DNA of 62,500 nucleotides, filler included, from Choristocarpus tenellus KU-1152 (Eukaryota > Protista > Phaeophyceae), in assembly GCA_964200185.2 (NCBI GenBank). It is 10 parts of 10 records of this genome, joined end to end, with 100 filler letters (N's around TTAATTAATTAA, not from the genome) between each part and the next. Parts side by side here need not be neighbours in the genome. Positions count along the whole stretch, not along the records: positions 1 to 5,374 come from CAXNAD020010997.1; positions 5,475 to 23,198 come from CAXNAD020000637.1; 8 more parts are not named here. One strand, written 5' to 3'. The notes below the pieces were generated by a model. That model made no database searches, was not told the origin of the DNA, and saw only the letters and a program-made list of their open reading frames with translations. Within the stretch, counting starts at the first letter, position 1; every line of letters starts with the position of its first letter. Below are positions 1 to 11,849 of the stretch, in pieces. The translations under genes were made by a program, and so were the position numbers.

Positions 1-477
1 GGTTTATCACCTTTATCCTCTCGGATGATTTGGGCGATACTTTAACACCACATATTGAACCTTAGGTTTCTAACCCATCATTCCATCATGTCTACACAAG
101 GAGATGCGATTCTACCCTTGGGATCTGAGCTGCTTCCGGATCTCTTATCGTCATTTACCGTTTTGTTTGTTTGGTTTATAGACGTTGAAATACATCTGAG
201 AACCGTTGCGACCTTCCCAAGTTACAGATTTTATTCTGCAACTTTTAGCAAATCGAACTTTCCCCTTTTGGGGTTCCACACACGCGTACACTGCTCGATT
301 CGGTTAAAGCGGGGGAAGAAATAGTCAAGCAATTCGCCGGTAACATGCCCCCCAGCATGAACTAGGTATACCTTTTCACGCTTACCACAGGCGATTGTCA
401 CTGGTTAAGAAAATAGATATCATCCGTCACCTCGATTCGTGCTGCAGCAGCATGTGTTAGCTGCCATTAAATGATAG

Positions 478-592
478 AGGGGCTCCAGTTCCAAACTTGC
501 CAGTTGTTTGCAACACAGGGACTCCAGTTCCAAATGAATCAGTTGTTTCCAACACAGGGTTTCCAGTTCCAAATTAACCAGTTGTTTCCAAC
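478..592. repeat. Tandem repeat, about 3 x 39 bp
   Basis: Unit AGGG(g/a/t)(c/t)TCCAGTTCCAAA....CAGTTGTTT(g/c)CAAC(a/c)C starts at 478, 517 and 556. Confidence 0.85.
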
Positions 593-2780
593 CATGATCG
601 ACATATCTCCCAATTTCTTTTGGGAATGAATCTTCAATGGTCTTAAGACACCGTCAGAATCAATAAATGTCTGATTCAGTCAGAGCATATACTTTCATTA
701 CAAAATATGTAACTCCAACAAGGTCCAGAATCGATCAACATATATCCTTGTTTTCATTGGGATAATTTAGCCCAAGAGTCACAGAATACCATCAGAGTCA
801 GTTTGCATCTGGCCTGATCTGAACATATACTTGTTCCTTCTGAAGCACACCTTCAAAAGTTAAAAAGCATACATCTCTGACATGGCTTAGAATAAATTGG
901 TCCCCAGTTCCGATCTACCTAATCACAAATGTGATTCATTCATATAGTGGTACAGATAGATTATGTATCTGGGGTTGTCCCGTCATAACATTTGGTGCAG
1001 ACATCGGATTGAAAATTTAAAAGCATATTCGTGATGCCCGTCACAATGCCCTCCAGAGTACGGCTGCAATTTGTTTTTTTGAAGAAAGAGCGGTCATATT
1101 GGGGTTCAAACCGCACTTTCGAACCGCACTTTCTCGTCACCTAACATCGCACTGAGTTTCACACGGTACTTGTTTTTCCGGCCCCTCTCGACAGAGAAGG
1201 TGCAGAGGGTAGATCCAGAGGGCAGAATGGCCTCGGCGGCTCTCCTTGTCTCACCGTCATGGTTCATGTTATTGTGTCAGGTGTGTGTGTGCTCACAAAA
1301 AGTCTACATAAGGCGTTATAAAGAGGAAAATCTTGGAGTTTTTTCTGTTTTTTTTTTTTCGTTGCGCTGCACCAGCCAAACTTGGGCAGCGATCTATCCT
1401 GGACCAGTTTTCTGCAAGGAGTTCAGCCAAACACTTCATTTTTATCCGTTTTGAAGTCTTGACCTTCAAAATTGCGCCGGAGATATTCCCCCACGATTTT
1501 TCAAATTATTTATCGGGGCATAGTTCCCGTTCACCGACGTTTGTACATTCCCCAGGTGAAAAAAAGCAGAACTGCTACAGACCGCGAAGCTATTGGTACC
1601 ACTCTATCCATGTTCCCTTTGAAAGTGTCCGTCCACAAGGTCACAGGATATAATCTCACTCAAATTGCGTCTGGGCTAATCCGAGTATACAGTTGTTCCT
1701 TCTGAACTGAACCTTCAAAAGTTACAATGTATATAGTTATGATTAGGCCTATAATTAATGAGTCTTCTGTTCCAATATTCCCAGGTACAAAGGAAGTGCT
1801 ATCAAGGAATAAACTTACTTTATTCATGACCTACTCGACATCTCAATATTGCCTGTCCTATGCCCCCCAAGCACAAGCATACCCGAGGCTGCTAGTGCGC
1901 AAAACAGGCAATGTCAATAAAACAAACAAAATAAACAAAAAATAAATAAAAAGTGGGAAAAATTAGAAATGATAGAATAAAAAGGAGAAATAAGCAGAAA
2001 GGAAAGAAAAAATAGGAGGAAAATGAGGATAACAAAAATGGGAGCAAAATATAGAAATATAAAGAAAAATAAAAAGAGAAAAAAGTAAGTAAAAATGAGA
2101 GCAACAAAAATAGAAAAAAATGAAAATACAAGATAAAAATAAAGAGGAAGGTTGGATCAGAACTAAGAAGATAAATAAATAAATTTAAGAAAAAACAGAA
2201 ATGTGAGCAGAAATAAAAATTAAAAAATAGAAAATTCAAGATTACATAGAGCAGTTACAAAATATAAAAAGGGGGAAAAAGAAAAAAGTAATTGGTTGCA
2301 TTTTTTTTTTCGAACGACTGCAGGCTATGCAACCCATACATATTACTATATGCTCTAATGTGACCGGCTTCATGGTTCCAACTTCTGCAACCCTACGTTT
2401 CTTTCAGTGACTATGGCTATCAATGCCTTGTTCCCTTGTTCTGGCATGTACCTGCTAATCCTCACTTTGTCTTTCGGGTATACAGTTGTTACGTGCTGGG
2501 GGGTCTCCGAAAGAAGCCAGTCAAAACATGGACCTGTACACCACCTGTCTCTTCCTCTTTCATCCTTCACCTTTTTGACACTGGCACCATAGGGAAGAGA
2601 TGTAACACATCCTCTAGGGACAAGAATTTTTCTTGGCCAGAAACATTGGTTGGGCGTGGTCTTGTGTTAGGATTGTAAGGGTCGCAGAAGGCTTGTTAAA
2701 CATCCAACTGTAGTGAGGTAAAAGCTGTTTTCATTGCTTCTGGTTTTGTTATCCAGCCTGATAACTATCCATCTTAGAAC

Positions 2781-3092
2781 TGTGCAAAATAGGACAATAG
2801 TGAGGTGTACCTCTTTTGTGTATGAGAGATGTAACTAATGAGATAATAATCCGGATTATGAATGGGAATATGCATGGGTTTTAATTCTGCATTCAACTAC
2901 TTTGACATAGCCATGAACTTATGTATGAGGCACACATAATAATAAAACAAGCAATGAGAAGACACCCCACAAAGGTCACTCTTCTAATCTCAAACATGTA
3001 ATCACGTTCAGCAATGGGGAACCGTATGAGGCTTCACACATTCTTGTCTTTACTACTGATAAATAGCATTACCTCCCAAGGTAAATTGCACA
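2781..3092 (+). repeat. 5' LTR of the copia element (312 bp)
   Basis: Starts TGTGCAA and ends TTGCACA (7-bp inverted termini, TG...CA), directly followed by the PBS. Confidence 0.75.
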
Positions 3093-3103
3093 GGTCATGA
3101 GCC
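3093..3103 (+). promoter_or_regulatory. Primer-binding site for half-tRNAi-Met (copia/Ty5 type)
   Basis: GGTCATGAGCC directly after the LTR-terminal CA; one mismatch to GGTTATGAGCC, the complement of the initiator-tRNA anticodon arm. Confidence 0.7.
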
Positions 3104-5353
3104 TTAGTAGTATGGAGACCGACCTGAAGAAACTTGCTGTCTGGATGGGGGCCACAGGAAGGTCATTGGAGACCTGGTCCACTTGGAGACTGTCATTAAT
3201 AAGCCACCCTGGTGGAAAAGGTTTTTACAAGATTATGATGAGGGACTACGAGATTCCTGAAACACCCACCACCATCTCGGGGGAGGCAGTGTGAACGGCA
3301 CATGCCACACATATCAAGAACAACAAGGCGTTATGCTTCCTGCTTATTCAAGCAACAAAGGGATCAGCATCAGCAATCGTTGCCCGTTACGAAAACGGGG
3401 GTCAACCAGACGGCAGAGGGGCCTGGTAGGAGCTAGAAAGAGTCTACGGAGGACGCGCGGAGGACGAGATCCCCGAGCCGGTCATCACTTTGGAGACGAA
3501 ACTCTGAGAACTACGGCGCACGGCGTCTCAGGACAGCACCGATTTCGTCGTTAAACTAGAGCGGCTATTTGCGGAATTCGAGGAGCACAAGGAGCCTAAA
3601 TCGGAAAACATGAAGAGGGCATCTATACTGCTTGGGATCAAGGAAGCCATGTCAAATGTGTTCGCGCAATTAATATTGCGCCCAGACATCAGCTATGAGG
3701 AGCTCAAACAGGCAATCATCTCGTCGACAACTTACCTTCACTCAGGCAAAGATGGACATGATGGGGTGTTGGCAATGCATGGCAATGCAAGGAACAGTCA
3801 TGCTCGGAAGACCAGGGGATCAGCTGGAAGCGGCCCCAAACCAAAGCAATGTGCATACTGCTTGAACATGAACAATCTATGGTGGAAGTGTCATTCATAT
3901 TTAAATGGAGAGCCACCTGCAACACGTCCGCCAGGGATGGCACCTGCGAGAACATTTCCGCCACCTCCACCTGGTGGGAGCAGCAACAAAGTCGACGGGA
4001 ACCAAGTGCTCTCATTCTTCGCTTGCAAGGTGACAGCAGACGAGGAGGTAAACAAAAGTGCAGTGTTCAACTCCTCCAGTGAAAGGAGGCAAGTGAAGAT
4101 ATTGTGTGACTCCGGAGCAAACGTACTTCTTACACCTAATCGTGAAGATCTCGTAAGCACTCGGGGCACTAAAAGGACATGCACCTTCGGTAACAATGGG
4201 AAATTGGAAGCGGAGGAAACCGGGCATATGGTTCTAATAATGGTGATGGACAAGGACGGCAAACCAACAAGAGTGGTTCTGAAGGATGTTGTATGGGTGC
4301 CAGGTCTACCATGCCGCATATTGAGTACTGGAAGTATACGACTGAATGGAGGAGAATTTATGGATTCAAGGAACAAAAGAAAGTTATCTGAGGACCTCCA
4401 AGAATTCGCCCAAGATAAAAATCGGGGGGTTCTTAAATTTAACCGGAACCATAATCAACATGGAACAAGAATCGAGAGCCAGCGCTGCACGAGCCAACCA
4501 AAAGCAGAGGCTGACATTAAACGACTGGCACAACATATTGGGATACATCAACCCATCAGCAATCAAGCATCTCGAGAAACGAGGATGTTCGGAGATCACC
4601 GACGCTACTGCGGCGTCAGAACTGTGGTGCGAGACCTGCAAGGAATACAAATCCGAGGTCCTAAGCTATCAACGGGGTGGCAGGACCCCCAAGCAGTCCG
4701 GTGAGGTTGTGCACACGGATTTGGCGGGACCTTTTCAAGCAGATATCACTGGTCATAAATATTTTCAGGTGTTCGTCGATGAGAGCAGCCGAGACAAGAG
4801 GCTTTATGGATTGAAAACAAAAAATGCAACGGCGGACGCAACTGCTGCATATATCGACCAGATGGCCAGGGAAGGTATACACGTCCAATGCATCAGTGGG
4901 GATGGTGCTAGCGAGCTTTGGAGATCGGTGAAGTCCCAAAGGATGCTGGCGAACAATGGTACCCGATGGAGGAAATCTCCACCGAGAACACCACAAAGCA
5001 ACGGGATCGCCGAAAGGGCTATAAAGCAACTCATGGGGGCAGCAAAGAGTCAAGTGGCAAAAGCTGGGCTGGGTGACGAGTACTGGTTCTTTGCCATCAC
5101 GGATGTTGCCTTCAAAACTGGAGGCATGCCACACGAATACCTCGGCAGAGAGACGCCATACGAGCGTCTAACAGGTAAATCTTTCAACTATGATAGACTT
5201 CGGACCTGGGGGAGCAAGTGCTATGTTCACCAAGACAAGCAGCAGAGGGGAATCGGTTCAAAGTTTCACCCATATGCCAAGCGGGGTATGATCATGGGAC
5301 ACGACCGTACATCATTGTGTTGGTACATCTGGCTTCCTCGAGAGGCCAAGTGA
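3097..5353 (+). pseudogene. gag-pol (Gag, protease, integrase) with frameshifts and stops
   Basis: Domains are split across frames (ORFs 3097, 3610, 4346). RT/RNase H is not present before the gap. Confidence 0.9.
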
Positions 5354-5374
5354 CCCAAAGTATCTGGGAGGGGG

Positions 5375-5474
5375 NNNNNNNNNNNNNNNNNNNNNNNNNN
5401 NNNNNNNNNNNNNNNNNNTTAATTAATTAANNNNNNNNNNNNNNNNNNNNNNNNNNNNNNNNNNNNNNNNNNNN
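5375..5474. other. Artificial contig linker (also 23199-23298, 26221-26320, 29119-29218, 31952-32051, 38503-38602, 44175-44274, 55427-55526, 58526-58625)
   Basis: Identical 100-nt N-run/TTAATTAATTAA/N-run with stops in all six frames. Confidence 0.98.
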
Positions 5475-5814
5475 CCACACCCTCCCCCCCCCCTGACAAA
5501 CCCCCCCCTTCAACCCCCCCCCCCCTCCCAACCATACAAGTAGCAAGCTATTGCCTCCTACCATTCGATAGTTCAACAAGAGAGGGACACCACCCACCAC
5601 AAGGAAGATGTTATCCACCCTCCCAACCTCAAACTTCTCTATCTGACTCTGACAAAACTCCCCCCCAAAGCCAAGCCATTCAGTTAACACCACACCACAT
5701 AACAACACTCCCCAACCCCTCCATTCATCACCCTCAAAGTCCCCAGCAAGCCAGTCCACTGGGCCACATATTTGCACCCTTCCCAATCCCAATCCTCCTC
5801 TCTACATATCAAAT

Positions 5815-8552
5815 TTAGACTTTCTTGGCAGCATCCTGTGCACCATCAATGGCCTTCTGCACCTTCTCCTTCACTTTCTCAGTCACTGAGTATTCCTTCT
5901 CCAGCTCAAGAGACTTGTCTATGGCCGTGTCTGCCAGCTCCCCCGCGACACCAAGCGCCTGCTTAGCCTTGGCTACAAGGTCATACTCATCCGAAATCTC
6001 AACCACCTTGCTCTTGAGGTCTGTCAGGGTGTCTGTCACCTTGGAGACAGTATCCGAGTCATCTGACGCCTTGATCTTAGACACCACATTATCGAGAGAG
6101 TCGCCAGCCTTGCCTGTGACATTTGATTGGTTGCCACAGTAAACGCCACAACAAGGGCGTCAAAACGAAGTTGTGCACCCTCCAACACGAGGAGGATATT
6201 GAATAAAGCAAAGTAAAAAGTAATATATAAAATAGGGGTTTATGAGTGAAGTGCACAACTCTTAACAGTGTATACTTGCTCTACATCTACTATTTTTTAT
6301 CTCCCACAAAAGTATTGATTCCTTTGTTTTGTTCCTGTGTGCTCTGGCACATTTGCCACTTTCTGCCTCTCAAGTCCTTAATTGTCATGATTAGTCAACC
6401 GTTACTTGCCATCGGCGGCGCTCCTCAAAAAGTAAGGGGGGCAACCAATCATCCTTGTACACACATATACACACACAACACGCAAACACATTGGATTCTG
6501 GGCCCAAGAAGCACAAGCTGCTCTTCACCCACATCTGTAGGAGATACATACATGCTCCACAACCTCTTACAAGAGTACTGCCTGTATCTGTATGAGGGAA
6601 ACGCCTTCTGTCAGTGTGACCTTCAGTAGCACTGCTTCCAAAAAAAATGCACTTCACCTTATGAGGAAATAAAAGCTATTTCAACCCAAAGCAGCATACG
6701 AGTAGGTCTCTTTTGGCATACATCCCACCACAAAGTAATCAACAAAATAGAATGACAGGAAAGCCTTCACGAGTATGGTGTAGAGCACACGAAGCACACT
6801 GTGATGCATTACGTCTTTGCTCCGGAATATTGTAGGCAAAATCCTGCTCATCTGCAGGATTCACACCTGCTACTTCACACCTTCCAGTGTAAGTGGGTTC
6901 ACCAGATCTAGTTCTATCTTTTCTTACCGTTTGTACAAAAAAAAAAATGCAGTGATTATGTGGCAGGACATAGTTCTGTAACAGAGTTGACTACAAATCT
7001 CTCAAAAACTATGAAAAAGGAAAGTACATAAAAACTCAGCATGAGAACGAACACTAGAAGACCTGAGTAAAAAGAAGCAGAAGAGCACGGGATAGCAAGA
7101 GAACTTGAGTCAGGACAGGCTAGGAATGGAAGCGAGGTGTCCTTACCGGCCACGTCATACTTGGAGTTGACTCCAGAGAGGAAGTTGAATGATTCGATTG
7201 CCGTCTTTGCTATCGCACGGACTGCATCGCCTGCTTCGTTCTCCCGCTTGGATCCATAGTTTGCTGCCACCGCCAAGACTGCTGCAAGGATTGGTCCGCC
7301 AAAAAAGAGACCTGCAACAGGGGTAGGGAGGACATGCTCCATAATTTAAATCATGACCCACACCTGTATGTGCGAACTGTGTACAGACTTTGGATGTTCC
7401 AAGGTTTGTGGCAAGCCTCTTTACAGCATCTCAGAGCAACGGTTCTTATCACGGATTATAAGGCATCCCTGCTCTTCTACTGGAGAATAATTTGAAGATG
7501 CTAGAGACGAAAATCATGTGCCTCAAGGTCACCGCCTGGCCTCCCCCGCCTGTTCGGGAGATGCAGTACTGCGGTATGCAGGACGCGTTCTACATCTCAA
7601 GTATAAAACTGAATATTATCGTATGGGGAAAAAAGGGAAGCCTGAGGGTCATGCATAACCAGAAACTCTGCAATACATCGTCGGTCCGTCGCATTAGAGG
7701 CAGTGTCTACTTCTTCAATTGAGGTGTCGCAATACTAAATCAAATTCGGGTCATACGCGTATTGAAAGGAGAAAAAGGCAATCTGAATCCTCTCCTTGTA
7801 GAGTCCTTACCCGCAATACCTCCCAGCACACCAGCACTGAATTCTACATTTTCCGGGTTCACAGCCACGATGGTGCCTGCCTTCTCCTCAGGCACAGCAT
7901 TATCCGGTGCAGGTGTTTTCGGTGTGGATGTCTTGGGCTCTGACACCGACATTCGGGGTGAAGTCCTGCGGGAATTGGGAAGTGGGCAGAACAGTGAAAT
8001 GAACACTTGAAGTCGGAAGAAAGGGCGCCATCGCCTACCAAGTTAATGCTAAGAACTCAATCGTCACTTCCAGCTTCTGGTCCTTAGCAACATAAAGTTG
8101 GACCATCTCCAACGGGGCTCGACCTCTAATGCCGAAAGAGGAGTACTATGCATTGATCAATGTTATACTGTCAGGCAGCAACAAAGAGCATACATCCACC
8201 CTGACACCTAAAATCCACAATAACAAAGAGGCCAGTACAACTACATCGCACATTCAGTGGTATTCCTGCAACACTATACCACGTGCGCCACCCTTTTCAG
8301 CGCGGCATGGAACACCACAAAAAAACGTGTTGGATTTGCTCACTAATAGAATCAATGCAAACAGCAAAAGCTGGTCGAATGGCGTGGAGATCAATCATGC
8401 TCTCTCGTAACCCACCATCTGTTGTTTCCAGAACGCGAGCTAGCAAGGGCGAAATTCCTTGACCCTTGAGCTGCGAGCGGAGCATGGAACGACGTTGTAC
8501 CCACCACACATGCCGCCAGAGCCAGCCCCGTTAGAACGCACGGCTTCACCAT
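5815..8552 (-). CDS. Plastid-targeted protein of unknown function, 4 exons (8552-8416, 7965-7811, 7311-7147, 6113-5815)
   Basis: GT-AG introns with consistent phases. Signal peptide MVKPCVLTGLALAACVVGTTS-FHAP (ASAFAP-like), Ser/Arg transit peptide, Gly-rich hydrophobic stretch (AGVLGGIAGLFFGGPILAAVLAVAANY), then amphipathic repeats (SKYDVAGK, DEYDLVAK, KEYSVTEK). Confidence 0.85.
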
Positions 8553-9699
8553 CTTTACAACTAGAAAACCCTCCTGAAAGCAACGTGGGTGTCTTGGAGG
8601 GTATACTGGTTTGGAGCTGGCACGCGCTCTTGAAGCAGGAATCCTTACTCAAGGCGCGCGAGAAGAAAAAATAACGTATATTGACCATACAAAAAAGAAA
8701 TTGTCAGAGATATGTCCATACACATAGTTAATTCTCCATCAAAAAAACTTGTTCGAGTGGCGTTTGTATCAAATACAAATAATAATATACACTGAACTAC
8801 CACTATTTGTTACATAGTGTTGTGATGACAGTCCTAAACTACATCACACCCCACTCCTCTCTTTGTCATCACCCATCATCCTCGGTCACGGTCATAGATC
8901 ACTTGTTGAACTTGACTCTCTTCCACCTGCGTCTTTATGCGTATAAAATCCGATCGGGAAGCTCGACCGTAGGGAAACTCGACGAACATAACCAGCAATC
9001 GATATGTGCCTGTGACGTGTATGATGGTCGATCCCACAACATGTGTATAATCGCTTATGACTTGGTCGTATGGCGGTATCTCTTCTTTCCAGGATCCTTA
9101 GTTCCACATTTCCTCTGCTAAATGCAAGAGAGGACTAGCTCACTTTGCATTATTGTTCCGGGCCTATTGCACCTCGATTTAAAGGAACCGAGTGGTGATT
9201 GGTTTGGTGGGGTGTGTGAAGAAGGGGGGTAGGGGAGAGATCACTATAGCATCTTGTTTCAACAGGGTGACTGCCACCCAAACATTAACCAAGACATATT
9301 TGTGTTCTTTCCCCCACCAGTGCGTATCTTCTCCTCTGATGCGTGGTGATCTGCAGTGGTAACGACGCACGTCTTACGCATCCTTTCAAAGGGCAAACAT
9401 GGTCCTAATACCTATTTACATACGCCTACTAACGACGGACTTTTTGTTGTATGTCCTACCTAATAATTCGGTGATTTCCCCTTCCTCTCAACTTCGAAAT
9501 TGGGAATTGGTGAAGAGGCACGATACAATTACTTCCGTACATACACAAAACACCTCTCTCAAAACAATGTCTCCTTAAAGGTTGTTCACTACATACAATT
9601 GTGTACACTAATATACTTCTAACCAAGCTTAGCCCTACAAAGGTGGGCATGGAATTAGGGGAGCATCCCAAGTAACTGTTAGGCCCATCCATCTTCCTG

Positions 9700-9970
9700 G
9701 TATCTCTAGGTCGAAATACATGACGTGTCTAGAGAGCCACTTGTCCAGTAATGGATATTATCTGTCTCAAACGGGATTTGACTGCCTCTTTCCTGGACTA
9801 CCCCCCAACCCCTCTCCCCCGTACTACATGGGTGGCCAACTCATCCAGGAAACACTCTGTTTGCTTACCAAGGCACCCAAAACTTTCCATCACAAAGTTG
9901 TTGAGATTTCAAAACTATCAAGGTCAAACAAAAAATCCCTTGTAAGCTTTCGTGCCTTGGCTGCAGCACG
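9700..9970 (-). mobile_element. 3' relic of CRE-clade (restriction-like endonuclease) non-LTR retrotransposon
   Basis: Translates FVMESFGCLGKQTECFLDELATHVV...KSRLRQIISITGQVAL with stops, resembling the C-terminus of algal CRE-type elements; similar to 10470-10740. Confidence 0.65.
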
Positions 9971-10469
9971 AGCTACATAATTTATTACTGGTGGTCGAAC
10001 GCTGCTGTAAGCGACAGGCTGCTTGGACTTCTGCAAAAGCAACAGCTAGAAGGAGACCTTTTCCCAGGGGGGAGGTGAGCCAACGTCTGAGAGTGCCTTA
10101 GCATGGAAACACCACATCCGTGCGGAAGTTCCGGTCCACTGTAAACGGGGCTGCCAACCTCCCAATTCCGTTTACTACTCTCAGCCCTAGATTATATTAT
10201 TTAATACTACGTAATTTAGGCACGAACATTCTCCAGATGTGTCAGGGGAGAGAAAAGCATCAACCAAAAAACTTATTACTTTTGGATACAAAAATTAGTT
10301 GTTGTTGGTAGGATACCTCATTCATAATATTTTAGAAAAACTGAAAACAAACTACACAGCAATTTGCCATAGAAGAACGCTCTCTATTAAAACCAATGTT
10401 GACACCCCTATGCTCCTAGCCTACCTGACCCTATAGGTGGGCGAGGAGCTAGGAGGGAAGAATCCCAAG

Positions 10470-11010
10470 AATCTTCTGTCAGGCCCCAGCATGCCCACCT
10501 CCTACCCCACATCTCTAGCTTAAAACGCATTATGCACCTCAAATGATCTAGATGTGCAGTGGCAGAGACCATCTGTGTCAAACGAGTCTTGCCGACCCTG
10601 TTCCAAAAACAACCCCCAGCCCCTCTTCCCCCTACCGCATGGATGGCCAACTCATCAAGGAAGCCCTTTGCTTGCTTACTGTGCCACCTTAAACTTTCCA
10701 TTGTGAAGGTCTTGAAATATAAACACGATGACAAGGGTCAAGAAATCCCTTGTGGTGGATGCACTATTGTGTCTTGGGTGCTGCAGTAGCAACACCATTC
10801 ATTGATTGTTAATGAGTGGGTCAGATGGCAAGCCGCCTGGACTACTGAAGAAGCGACATCCAAAAGAAGAACGCCTTTGTCATGGTGGGGGGCTGAGCCA
10901 GCCTCCAACAGTGCCCCACATGGAAGAACACACCCATGCGGAAGCTCCTGTCGACTATGAACGGATGGGTTGCGATTCTCCATACACGTGGAGGAGGGCA
11001 CAACCATTCC
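10470..11010 (-). mobile_element. Longer relic of the same CRE-type LINE
   Basis: KGVLLLDV (endonuclease core region) followed by FTMESL...KQAKGFLDELAIHAVGGRG...KTRLTQMVSAT, frameshifted. Confidence 0.65.
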
Positions 11011-11849
11011 CCTCTATAGAGAGTTGGACTAATAATTGAACCACAGGTATGTGTTAGCGGATTTTTCTTTCTGCCGTACAGCAGTTACGGTCATGTCTGG
11101 TATCAACATTTTGGCTCCTCCACCCCCAGCCACCGTGCACCTGTTTGACAAGAGCTCTCAGCTCTCATCTGTTTTCTGTTCCCTTTTTGAAGCATGTACC
11201 CTGTTACTGGCTGTTGCAACTAATCTGCATATTATTTTTCAGCATTTTACCAACCAAAAATGTTCTGACAAGAGAGAGGAAATATATGTACATATCCTTT
11301 CCTTCCCACTAAACTTCGCTTCTTATGTAGTAAGTAGTGGTAAAATGTAATATAGACTTCATTCTAACTTGAACGGAAAAGCACTCTGTTTCCACCCTCT
11401 CCAACGAGACGCGCACTTACGCTAAGTGCTTTACCATATATTGTCTCCCTCCCTCCTACAAGAGATCACACTTTGGTGCCGATCACTACTTCTAACGACA
11501 AGGACATCAATTCCTCCTGCATGCTGTTGATGGCAGTGTTGGAGATGAGATTTTGAGTGATGCCCCCATTTATCTTTACATCTTGGGCATCACACAATAT
11601 ACGCACTTTGAATTATACGGCTACTATTATATAATAACCCGTCATACTTCAAAATGTTACTTTTCTACTATATTATGGTGCCCACTAAGAGCGTTTACTA
11701 TATTCAGCACCATATACCTGTGAGCTACCTTACCTGGGGAACCCCCGCTATAACAAAGGGAGACTCCCTACATATTATTTTCCACCCGTTTTTGTGGCAT
11801 ATTGACTGACCAATTTAGTGTTTTCGTCAAGTGCAATATAGGGCACTTC

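Larger units (their letters stand above)
2781..5353 (+). mobile_element. Ty1/copia LTR retrotransposon, degenerate, 3' part lost at contig end
   Basis: 5' LTR and PBS, then frameshifted gag, degenerate Zn knuckle (CAYC), protease (ILCDSGAN), GAG-pre-integrase (WHNILGYIN, CETC), integrase (VHTDLAGP, FVDE, ISGDGASE, PQSNGIAER) and the SH3-like LRTWGSKCYVH. Integrase directly after protease is the copia order. Confidence 0.95.

Noticed and set aside
478-592. 39-bp repeats as CRISPR
   Set aside because: Units are contiguous with no unique spacers, no cas genes are present, and the context is eukaryotic.
1892-2239. Phe/Leu-rich membrane-protein ORF
   Set aside because: Translation of an A-rich low-complexity tract.
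5375-5474. Recurring TTAATTAATTAA palindrome as a biological repeat or CRISPR-like array
   Set aside because: Always centred in identical N-runs; it is an artificial six-frame-stop linker.
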